Source: Oceanospirillaceae bacterium
GTDB taxonomy: Bacteria > Pseudomonadota > Gammaproteobacteria > Pseudomonadales > Balneatricaceae
Direction of reading: 5' to 3'
Assembly (NCBI GenBank): GCA_013373085.1
Contig: JABXIM010000045.1
Span: 473-64,472 of the forward strand
Length of the DNA stretch: 64,000 bases
Of this stretch, positions 43,274 through 51,848 are shown piece by piece. A program made the translations under genes and the position numbers. How positions within the stretch are numbered: the stretch's first letter is position 1; every line of letters starts with the position of its first letter. The notes under the pieces were generated by a model that searched no databases, was not told where the DNA came from, and was given only the letters and a program-made list of their open reading frames with translations.

Positions 43274-46200
43274 ATGGGTCTGTTGGCATCTCAACGGTTT
43301 TTACCACTCTTCCTGACTCAGTACTTCGGAGCCTTTAACGACAATTTCTTCAAGAACTCGCTTTTGGTTTTCATCATGTTTGCCATGGTGGGACAAACGA
43401 GTATCGATTCAGCCATGCTGATGCCATTGGGCGCCGGGCTGTTCATTTTCCCCTTCTTCCTGTTCTCGGCCCTTGCAGGCCAGCTCTCGGATCGCTTTGA
43501 GAAAGCCACCCTGATCAAGGGGCTGAAAGGCCTTGAGGTTCTCATCATGGGGCTTGGGGCAACGGCACTGCACCTGGAAGCGGTTAACCTGATGATGGGC
43601 ACTTTGTTCCTGATGGGGACGCAGAGCGCATTTTTCGGACCGCTCAAGTATGCCATCCTGCCCGAACTGCTGCAGGAGGATGAGCTTGTAACAGGCAACG
43701 CCTGGATCGAAGCGGGTACTTTCCTGTCGATTCTGCTGGGGACCATTGCGGGTGGACTGCTCATTATGCTGCCTGATGGCGCTTTGTGGGTCAGTGCCGG
43801 CCTCCTGGCTGTCGCTGTCTGCGGATTTCTGGCAAGTCTGTTTATTGTCAATACGCACGTGCGTGCGCCCGATCTTGCAATCAACCCCAATATCCTGGGC
43901 GAAACCATTCAGATCATCCGTGACCTGCGTGCCAACCGGACCGTGTTCCTGGCGGTAATCGGCATTTCCTGGTTCTGGTTTGTCGGGGCCACCTTCCTGT
44001 CTCAGTTCCCGACGTTTTCCAAAGACCTCATCGGTGGTGACGAAAAACTCGTTACGCTGTTCATGACGGTTTTCTCCATCGGCATCGGTATCGGTTCCTG
44101 GCTGTGCGCAAAGCTGCTCAAGGGCAAAATAAGCGCGAATCTGGTGCCGCTATCGGCAATCTTCATGGCCGTTTTCTGTGTTGACCTCTATTACGCCTCG
44201 ACCGCCTTTGGCATGGAGCCGGTTGATGCGATGTCGGTCTCTGCCACAGCGTTCGCTTCCAGCGTCCAGGGGGCACGCATTCTTATCGACCTGACGTTGC
44301 TGGCCATTGCCGGTGGTCTATATATCGTACCGCTGTATTCGATTATCCAGGTGCGCAGTGCCGAGCATGAGCGGGCCCGCATGGTCGCAGCCAACAACAT
44401 CCTAAATGCGTTTTTCATGGTCGTATCATCGGTGGTCTTGATGGCTGTCTTTGCCTTTGGGGGCGCGATACATGATGCCTTCCTGCTGATGGCCGGGGCC
44501 TCGGTCGTTGTGGCGATCTACATTTGTGGCCTGCTGCCGCGTCAGTTGTTCCGCAGCCTTGCCGTGATCGTCTTCAAAACCCTCTTCAAAGTGGAAGTGC
44601 ACGGCGCCAGTAACTTCCAGAAGGCAGGGGACAGGGCTGTCATCGTCGCGAATCACGTATCCTGGCTGGATGGTCCGCTGATGGCGGCGTTCGGTCCGGA
44701 GGACGCCCTGTTTCCAATCAACACCTTTGTCTTCAAGAAGTGGTGGGGCGGGCTTTCGCGGAAATTTGCCAATATGATCCCGGTCGATCCGTCGAGCCCC
44801 TACGCCACCAAAACCATGATCAAGGCGGTGGAAGAGGGTAATCACCTGATGATCTTCCCGGAAGGGCGTCTCACCGTGACGGGGTCGCTGATGAAGATCT
44901 ACGATGGTCCGGCGCTGATCGCGGACAAAGCCAGGGTGAAGATCGTGCCGGTTCGCCTGGACGGTGTGCAGTTCTCCAAGCTTTCACGCTTGAAGGGCAA
45001 AATGCCCGTGAGCTGGTTCCCGAAAATCACCATCACCGTGCTTGAGCCCGTGACTCTGGAGGTGCCTGAGGCGATTCGGGGCCGTGAGCGGCGCAAAGTG
45101 GCCGGGCAGAAACTCTATGATCTGATGTCCGAGATGATGTTTGCCACCAGCAGCAATCTCGACAACACCCTGTTCAATGCGCTGCTGGACGCCAAAGCGG
45201 TCTATGGACCGAAACATCAGGTACTGGAAGATCCCCAGACGATGGCCCAGCCAGTGCCATATCAGGACATCCTCAAGGGCAGTTTTGTACTGGGACGATA
45301 CCTGAGCCGAAGCACCGACGCCGCCGAGCGAGTCGGTGTACTCCTGCCCAACAGTGTCGGGACCGTCGTGACCTTCTTTGCGCTCCAGGCTTTCGGTCGG
45401 GTACCGGCCATGCTGAACTTCACCATGGGCCCTGGCACCCTGGTCGCCGCCTGCGAAACGGCACAGGTGCGAACGGTACTGACATCCCGCCGGTTTGTGG
45501 AAATGGGTAATCTGACCGCGGTTATCGAAGCGCTCTCGGAGCAGGTTTCGGTCTGTTACCTCGAGGACCTCAAGGATCAACTGAGCCTGTCCGACAAGGT
45601 AAAGGGGCTGCTGAGCGGTCTGCGTCCGCGCACCCATGCGTCGGCGAACCCGGATGCACCCGCGGTGGTGCTCTTCACCTCCGGATCGGAGGGCGCGCCG
45701 AAAGGTGTCGTGCTGAGTCACCGCAACCTGCTGGCCAATCTCTGCCAGATCGGTGCCCGGGTCAGCTTCAATACCCAGGACATTATCTTCAATGCAATGC
45801 CGATGTTTCATAGCTTCGGACTGACAGGCGGCACACTCCTGCCCGTCCTGTCGGGGTTGAAAACCTTTCTGTACCCCAGCCCGCTGCACTACAAGATAGT
45901 CCCGGAGCTCATTTACGAGACCAACGCGACCGTTGTGTTCGGCACCGATACCTTTTTGAGCAACTATGCCAAAAAAGCCAATCCGTACGACTTCTACAAC
46001 GTGCGCTACATCATCGCCGGCGCCGAGAAGGTCAAAGCCGAAACCCGTGCCGTCTACATGGAGCGGTTCATGAAGGGGATCCTGGAAGGCTACGGCGCCA
46101 CCGAGACCGCGCCGGTAATCGCGGTGAATACTCCGATGCACAACAAGGCCGGTACCGTGGGTCGCCTGTTGCCCGGAATTGAAGCCAGGCTAGAACCGGT

Positions 46201-46678
46201 ACCCGGTGTCGAGCGCGGTGGCCGCCTGTGGGTCAAGGGCCCCAACATCATGCTGGGCTACTTCAGGCACGATCAGCCCGGCGTGCTGCAACCGCCGGAA
46301 GAGGGCTGGTATGACACCGGCGACATCGTGGATATCGATGATCTCGGCTATGTCGAGATCCTCGGCCGGGCCAAACGTTTCGCCAAGGTCGCCGGCGAGA
46401 TGGTATCTCTGACCCAGGTGGAGGCCATGATCAGCAAGCTATGGCCGGATGACGCCAGCGCTGTGGTGTCCATCCCGGATCCGAAGAAAGGCGAACAGCT
46501 GGTCCTGTTTACGACCCGCGCCGATGCCGAGCGTCAAGCCATCAGCGCTCATATCAAAGGGCAGGGCGGCGCCGAGCTGATGGTGCCCCGGGACATCCGG
46601 GTGGTCGACAAGCTTCCGGTGCTGGGCACCGGCAAAACCGACTATGTATCCCTTGGGAAAATGGCCCTTGAAGATTAA
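43274..46678 (+). CDS. aas: Fused MFS lysophospholipid transporter (LplT-like) / acyltransferase / acyl-ACP synthetase (Aas-type)
   Basis: MFS N-terminus (GAFNDNFFK, AGQLSDRF), PlsC NHVSWLD and FPEGR, AMP-binding FTSGSEGAPKGV, GYGATE, WYDTGD and RFAKVAGEM; AAGGAG RBS. Confidence 0.92.
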   Translation: MGLLASQRFLPLFLTQYFGAFNDNFFKNSLLVFIMFAMVGQTSIDSAMLMPLGAGLFIFPFFLFSALAGQLSDRFEKATLIKGLKGLEVLIMGLGATALHLEAVNLMMGTLFLMGTQSAFFGPLKYAILPELLQEDELVTGNAWIEAGTFLSILLGTIAGGLLIMLPDGALWVSAGLLAVAVCGFLASLFIVNTHVRAPDLAINPNILGETIQIIRDLRANRTVFLAVIGISWFWFVGATFLSQFPTFSKDLIGGDEKLVTLFMTVFSIGIGIGSWLCAKLLKGKISANLVPLSAIFMAVFCVDLYYASTAFGMEPVDAMSVSATAFASSVQGARILIDLTLLAIAGGLYIVPLYSIIQVRSAEHERARMVAANNILNAFFMVVSSVVLMAVFAFGGAIHDAFLLMAGASVVVAIYICGLLPRQLFRSLAVIVFKTLFKVEVHGASNFQKAGDRAVIVANHVSWLDGPLMAAFGPEDALFPINTFVFKKWWGGLSRKFANMIPVDPSSPYATKTMIKAVEEGNHLMIFPEGRLTVTGSLMKIYDGPALIADKARVKIVPVRLDGVQFSKLSRLKGKMPVSWFPKITITVLEPVTLEVPEAIRGRERRKVAGQKLYDLMSEMMFATSSNLDNTLFNALLDAKAVYGPKHQVLEDPQTMAQPVPYQDILKGSFVLGRYLSRSTDAAERVGVLLPNSVGTVVTFFALQAFGRVPAMLNFTMGPGTLVAACETAQVRTVLTSRRFVEMGNLTAVIEALSEQVSVCYLEDLKDQLSLSDKVKGLLSGLRPRTHASANPDAPAVVLFTSGSEGAPKGVVLSHRNLLANLCQIGARVSFNTQDIIFNAMPMFHSFGLTGGTLLPVLSGLKTFLYPSPLHYKIVPELIYETNATVVFGTDTFLSNYAKKANPYDFYNVRYIIAGAEKVKAETRAVYMERFMKGILEGYGATETAPVIAVNTPMHNKAGTVGRLLPGIEARLEPVPGVERGGRLWVKGPNIMLGYFRHDQPGVLQPPEEGWYDTGDIVDIDDLGYVEILGRAKRFAKVAGEMVSLTQVEAMISKLWPDDASAVVSIPDPKKGEQLVLFTTRADAERQAISAHIKGQGGAELMVPRDIRVVDKLPVLGTGKTDYVSLGKMALED

Positions 46679-46765
46679 TCCGCTTTCAGACGAAGGCTGC
46701 TCCAGTTCCGCCACCCGGGCGCCCGCGCTCGACGACGGCTTCGAACACGCAGCGATCCGGCGCCT

Positions 46766-48892
46766 GTGACCGATCAGCACCGGGCAGCGGGCCGCAGACG
46801 CAGAATGCGCTCCGCGCTGTTGCTTGTGGCAGTTTCCCTCGCGGCGGTGCTGCTGGCGCTTTTCGCCGCTCATCGCGCGCGCGACTGGACGTTGCAGCAG
46901 TTGCACCGACAGGGCGCCGAAACTCTGCTCGAGCGGGTCAGCGAGATGCGCGGCTGGCTCGACGGTTACGACTATCTGCCGTTTCTGCTGACCCAGAACC
47001 GCGATGTGCGTGCACTTTTGCTGTACCCGAACCAGGAAATGGGCGTCCGGGTCAGTCGCTATCTCGAGCAGACCAGCCTGGTGGCCGGCTCGACCGCGCT
47101 CTTTATCCTCGATGTCGGCGGTCGCGCCGTCGCATTCAGCAACTGGCGCGACCAGCAGGATTTCTATTTGCGCAGTCACGCCCGCCGCAACTATTTTCTC
47201 GATGCCCGCAAGGGCGAGCAGGGGCGGCGTTTCGCGCTGGCCGGCGATACCGGCAGTCCGGCGTTTTATCTGTCGGCACCGATCTACGACGCCCGCCGCT
47301 TCGTCGGCGCAGCGGTGGTTCGACTTAATCTCGAACTGCTTCAGCGCCGGCTCGGCAATGCCGGTCTGCCCTGGCTGCTGAGCGGTCCGGAAGGTACCCT
47401 GATCGCTGCGTCGGAGCCGACCTGGGTGGGGCGGGCGCTAGCGTCGCTGTCGCATTCGGAGCAAGTTCAGCGGCTGCTGAATGGAACCGAGATCAGGCGC
47501 TGGCCCGAGGTACTGGAAGGTCGGCGACTGGCTCAGAGTGTCGAGCTGGACGACCTGGGCTGGACGCTGACCGTACTGCAGGACAGCGAACCGGCGGAGC
47601 GAAACAGCCGCACCGCAGGTCTGTTTACGCTCGGTGGCAGCATCGCCTTCTGTTTGCTGTTGCTGTACCTGCGCGAGCGCAGGCTCAAGCACCGCTCGCA
47701 ACGGGAAACCCAACTGGCACTACGGCGTTCCGAACAGCGTCAGCGCGATATCATCGACACCGCTCAGGTGGGGCTGATCACCGTAGACAGTGCCGGCCGC
47801 ATGTTGTTTCTCAACGGCATGGCACTGAAGCAGTTCGGATTGTCGCCGAAGCTGGCGCTGCAGCAGCCGCTGAGCAGACTGTTCTGCATGAGCCAGGCTG
47901 CCGGGCCGCTCGAGGCGGCGCTGTCTCGGCTTGGCAGTAGCGGTTTTGCGCCTCTGACCGGCCAGGAGGCCGTTGGCCGGCGTGCCGACGGCTCGGAATT
48001 TCCGCTGATGTTTTCGATCCGCGAGATGCCGGGAAATGGCCAGCGTCGCTTTTTGGTGACCGTGATCGATATCTCGCGGCGCAAGCGGCTCGAGCAGGCG
48101 TTGCGTGACGCTCGCGATTCGCTCGAGGACAAGGTCGAGGCGCGCACCCGGGAGCTGCATTCTATGCAGCAGGAACTGATTCAGGCTGAAAAACTGGCGG
48201 CGCTGGGACGAATGTCCAGCGCCGTAGTGCACGAACTCAATCAGCCGTTGACCGCAATGCGCACCTATGTCGCCATCTGCCGCCAGCTGAACGAGCGACC
48301 GGACCTCCTCGCCGGTAACCTCGAACAGATCGATGCGCTGGTGGATCGTATGGCACTGATCACACGACAGCTCAAGACTTTCGCCTACCGCAAACCGGAG
48401 CGGCTGGAGCCGGTATCCCTGGGCGACTGCATCGATCGCACGCTGGCCCTGTTCGGTACGCGATTCGACGAAACCGGCGTCGAGCTGAGTGTCGAGCGCT
48501 GTAGCGGCGAAGACCGGGTCGCGGGGGATAGCGCCCGTCTCGAGCAGGTGCTGATCAATCTGATTGGCAACGCCCTCGATGCCATGACGGACACTCAGGG
48601 GACGCGCCGGTTGGCACTGCGCTTGACCAGCCGCGGCGAGCAGCTGCAGCTGGAGGTCTGCGACAGCGGCGGCGGGATTGCCGAGGATGTGCTGGACAAG
48701 CTGTTCGATCCATTTTTCACCACCAAAAGCATCGGCAGCGGGCTCGGCCTGGGGCTGGCGATCGTCCGCAGTATCCTGCGCGATCTAGGCGGCGATATCG
48801 ATGCGCGCAACCGGGCTGGCGGCGGCGCCTGCTTCCGGCTATGGTTGCCCGCCTGGGTCGAGGTCACGACAACCAACGACAGAGAGACATGA
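46766..48892 (+). CDS. DctB-like sensor histidine kinase (periplasmic Cache + cytoplasmic PAS + HisKA/HATPase)
   Basis: TM-Cache-TM layout, PAS-like IIDTAQVGLITVD...GRRADGSEFP...DISRRK, H-box VHELNQPL, N-box NLIGNALDA, G-boxes DSGGG and GLGLGL. Confidence 0.9.
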   Translation: MTDQHRAAGRRRRMRSALLLVAVSLAAVLLALFAAHRARDWTLQQLHRQGAETLLERVSEMRGWLDGYDYLPFLLTQNRDVRALLLYPNQEMGVRVSRYLEQTSLVAGSTALFILDVGGRAVAFSNWRDQQDFYLRSHARRNYFLDARKGEQGRRFALAGDTGSPAFYLSAPIYDARRFVGAAVVRLNLELLQRRLGNAGLPWLLSGPEGTLIAASEPTWVGRALASLSHSEQVQRLLNGTEIRRWPEVLEGRRLAQSVELDDLGWTLTVLQDSEPAERNSRTAGLFTLGGSIAFCLLLLYLRERRLKHRSQRETQLALRRSEQRQRDIIDTAQVGLITVDSAGRMLFLNGMALKQFGLSPKLALQQPLSRLFCMSQAAGPLEAALSRLGSSGFAPLTGQEAVGRRADGSEFPLMFSIREMPGNGQRRFLVTVIDISRRKRLEQALRDARDSLEDKVEARTRELHSMQQELIQAEKLAALGRMSSAVVHELNQPLTAMRTYVAICRQLNERPDLLAGNLEQIDALVDRMALITRQLKTFAYRKPERLEPVSLGDCIDRTLALFGTRFDETGVELSVERCSGEDRVAGDSARLEQVLINLIGNALDAMTDTQGTRRLALRLTSRGEQLQLEVCDSGGGIAEDVLDKLFDPFFTTKSIGSGLGLGLAIVRSILRDLGGDIDARNRAGGGACFRLWLPAWVEVTTTNDRET

Positions 48893-50277
48893 TGAAAACC
48901 AAAGGCCGGGTGCTGCTCGTCGATGACGAGGCCATGGTGCGCAACGCCACCGAACAATGGCTGCGGATGGCGGGGTTCGAGGTCGACGCCTGCAATAGCG
49001 CCGGGCCTGCGCTGCAACAGCTGCGGCATGGCTTCAACGGCGTGCTGGTGACAGATGTCCGCATGCCCGGCATGGATGGCCTGGAGCTGATGCAGAAGGC
49101 GCTGGAGACGGTGCCCGGGCTTCCGGTGATACTGATTACCGCCCACGGCGATATCGACATGGCCACCGGCGCGATGCGCGACGGCGCCTATGATTTTATC
49201 GAAAAGCCCTTCGTGCCGGAGCGCCTGGTCGAGACCATCCAGCGTGCCTGCGACAAGCGCCGGCTGATGCTGGAGAACGAGCGATTGTCCCGGGATATCG
49301 CCTCGCGCACCGGTATCGACGGTCGCCTGATTGGCCTGTCGACGTCGATGCAGCGTCTCAAGGCAGAACTGCTGGCGTTGGCCGGCATCGATACCGGCGT
49401 CATCATTTACGGTGAAACCGGCACTGGCAAGGAACTGGTGGCACAGTGCCTTCATGAATTCAGCCCCCGCAGCAAGGGTCACTTTGTGCCGATCAACTGT
49501 GGCGCTATCCCGGAGTCGCTGATCGAGAGCGAACTGTTCGGTCACGAAGCGGGTGCGTTCACCGGCGCGGTGAAAAGGCGCATCGGCAAGCTCGAGTATG
49601 CGTCCGGCGGCACCCTGTTTCTCGATGAAATTGAAAGTATGCCGGCGCATCTGCAGATTCGCCTGTTACGGGCGTTACAGGAAGGCGTGGTCGAACGGCT
49701 CGGCGGCAACAAGCCGATCCCGGTCGACCTGCGGGTAGTGGCCGCCGCCAAGGTCGACCTGCTCAATGACGAGGGCTTTCGCGATGATCTCTACTATCGG
49801 CTTAACATGTCTCAGTTGCATATTCCGGCGTTGCGAGACCGTATCGAGGACGTACCGCTGTTGTTCGACCATTACGTCCAACGCTGTGCGGCGCAGCATC
49901 ACCGCGAACCGCGCCGCTTATCGGAACTCGATCTGCGCACGCTTCAGCGCCATGGATGGCCAGGTAATGTCCGCGAACTGAAGAATATCGCCATGCGCTT
50001 CGCCCTTGACGAGCGGTCGCAGCTGGCCGATCTGCTTTTCCCGAGAAATTCCGCGTTGCAGTCGAAACCGGTCGAGCCGGGTCTGCAACCGCTGGCGGTG
50101 CAGGTGGCAGCATTCGAGTCCGAGGTTATCCGCGCGTCGTTACGCCGGCATCGTGGCAATATCAAGGCGGTTCTCGACGAACTCGACCTACCGCGCCGGA
50201 CGCTGAATCAGAAGATGACGCGTTATGGCATCAACCGAGCCGACTTCACCGGCGATGATACCCGTCGCATGGAATAA
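48889..50277 (+). CDS. DctD-like sigma54-dependent response regulator
   Basis: Receiver LLVDDE...DVRMPG.DG...IEKP; AAA GETGTGKE, ESELFGHEAGAFTGA, LFLDEIE and WPGNVREL; C-terminal HTH; ATGA overlap with the kinase. Confidence 0.93.
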   Translation: MMKTKGRVLLVDDEAMVRNATEQWLRMAGFEVDACNSAGPALQQLRHGFNGVLVTDVRMPGMDGLELMQKALETVPGLPVILITAHGDIDMATGAMRDGAYDFIEKPFVPERLVETIQRACDKRRLMLENERLSRDIASRTGIDGRLIGLSTSMQRLKAELLALAGIDTGVIIYGETGTGKELVAQCLHEFSPRSKGHFVPINCGAIPESLIESELFGHEAGAFTGAVKRRIGKLEYASGGTLFLDEIESMPAHLQIRLLRALQEGVVERLGGNKPIPVDLRVVAAAKVDLLNDEGFRDDLYYRLNMSQLHIPALRDRIEDVPLLFDHYVQRCAAQHHREPRRLSELDLRTLQRHGWPGNVRELKNIAMRFALDERSQLADLLFPRNSALQSKPVEPGLQPLAVQVAAFESEVIRASLRRHRGNIKAVLDELDLPRRTLNQKMTRYGINRADFTGDDTRRME

Positions 50278-50363
50278 GCACGGGCCCTGGTCCTCTGCAT
50301 ACCCAAGACTCCTGCCCATCGGCCGAATCCTGCCGATTTTTCCATGTCCCGCGTCCCCTGACG

Positions 50364-50438
50364 GGCTTTTTCTGCCCCCATGGCTGCAATCGGCCATTTT
50401 TTGCTTACCGGGGCTGCCACTGATAGGCAGAAAATGGC
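50364..50438. promoter_or_regulatory. Candidate enhancer (UAS) sites for the DctD-like activator
   Basis: Three related 12-mers: GGCTTTTTCTGC (50364-75), GCCATTTTTTGC (50393-404) and inverted GCAGAAAATGGC (50427-38), 75-150 bp upstream of the sigma54 site. Confidence 0.45.
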
Positions 50439-50512
50439 TTATATCTGCATTTCTTAGCGCAATCGCGAAAAATACACTATACAAAACAAGGACTAACTGG
50501 CGCTTTCATAGT

Positions 50513-50528
50513 TGGCATCGCGCTTGCT
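50513..50528 (+). promoter_or_regulatory. sigma54 (-24/-12) promoter of the TAXI-TRAP-lhgO genes
   Basis: TGGCAT-CGCGC-TTGCT against the consensus TGGCAC-N5-TTGCW, with correct GG/GC spacing; adjacent to a bEBP gene. Confidence 0.8.
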
Positions 50529-50570
50529 ATCAGTCATTGCGACTGACCACAACAACAGCAATAAGCAGGT

Positions 50571-51599
50571 ATGAGCATGAAAAAACGTACGCTTCTCAAA
50601 GGAATGGCACTGGCACTGAGCGCCGGTACGCTCTGTGCAACGGCAACCCTGGGGCAGGCGGCGGACAACCGCAACTACATCCTGGCGACCGCCTCCACCG
50701 GCGGAACCTACTACCCGGTAGGTGTGGCGCTGGCGACGCTGGCCAAGGTCAAACTGGAACCGACCCAGGGAATGGCGATGTCGGCCATCAACTCGGCCGG
50801 GTCCGGCGAGAACATCAAGCTGCTGCGTGAGAACGAGGCTCAGTTCGCGATTCTGCAGGGGCTGTACGGCGCCTGGGCCTGGAATGGCGAAGGCGCCCTG
50901 GCGAATTCCGGGCCGCAGCAGCAGCTGCGCTCGGTGACCATGTTGTGGCAGAACGTCGAGCAGTTCGTGGTGAAGAGCGAATACGCCAAGACCGGTACCA
51001 TCATGGATATGGCCAACCTCTACGACAAGAAATTCTCCATCGGTCCCAAGAACTCAGGCACCGAAGGCTCCGGTCTCACCATCCTGGGCAACCTGGGTCT
51101 CGACGCCGACAAGTTCGACATGGCGTACATGGGTTATGGCCCCTCCGCCGATGCGCTGCAGAACGGCACCGTCGATGGCATGAACATCCCGTCCGGCGTG
51201 CCGACCTCGGCGATTACCCGCGCCTTCGCCGCACTGGGCAGCGATATCCGTATCCTCGATTTCACCGACGAGGAGATCGAGAAGGCCAACGGGCGCTACA
51301 AGCTGTGGACCCGCTTCACCATCCCGGCCAACACCTATCCGGGACAGACCCAGGAAGTCCAGACCATGGCGCAGCCGAACTTCCTCGCGGTGCGGGATGA
51401 CGTGTCCGAAGAGGATGTTTACCAGCTGACCAAGACCATCTATGAAAACCTGGCGTTCCTCAACGGTATACACAAGGCCACCGAAGCGATGGCGCTGGAC
51501 AAGGCGATAGCCGGTCTGCCGGTACCGCTGCACCCCGGTGCGGCCCGCTACTACCAGGAAGTGGGGGTCGAGATCCCCGAGCACCTGATCGCCCAATAA
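50571..51599 (+). CDS. TAXI-family TRAP transporter solute-binding protein
   Basis: Signal peptide; ILATASTGGTYYPVG, SAGSGENI, SIGPKNSGT and VPLHPGAARYY. Confidence 0.93.
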   Translation: MSMKKRTLLKGMALALSAGTLCATATLGQAADNRNYILATASTGGTYYPVGVALATLAKVKLEPTQGMAMSAINSAGSGENIKLLRENEAQFAILQGLYGAWAWNGEGALANSGPQQQLRSVTMLWQNVEQFVVKSEYAKTGTIMDMANLYDKKFSIGPKNSGTEGSGLTILGNLGLDADKFDMAYMGYGPSADALQNGTVDGMNIPSGVPTSAITRAFAALGSDIRILDFTDEEIEKANGRYKLWTRFTIPANTYPGQTQEVQTMAQPNFLAVRDDVSEEDVYQLTKTIYENLAFLNGIHKATEAMALDKAIAGLPVPLHPGAARYYQEVGVEIPEHLIAQ

Positions 51600-51613
51600 G
51601 AAAGCGTCAAATT

Positions 51614-51774
51614 GTAGGATGGGCGAAGCCGCAATGGCACGCCGGCAACGGTTTACAGCATATCGTTTTGCGGCGGAATCCATCGTCGTTTTCGCCCCTC
51701 TGATGGGTTGCGCCGTCGCTGGAATGCAGTGCAGATCCTCTGAAATGTGCCGGCGACGGCTTCATCCATCCTAC
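51614..51774. repeat. REPIN, family A
   Basis: GTAGGATGGGCGAAGCCG ... GGAATCCATC ... GATGGGTTGCG ... CGGCTTCATCCATCCTAC: two inverted REP modules. Confidence 0.8.
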
Positions 51775-51848
51775 GGCGCAGCAATCGCATCCAGCCGGTA
51801 CCTGTGGGTACCGGCACCTTCTGACGTTCCAAGACTGCGGACAGACCT

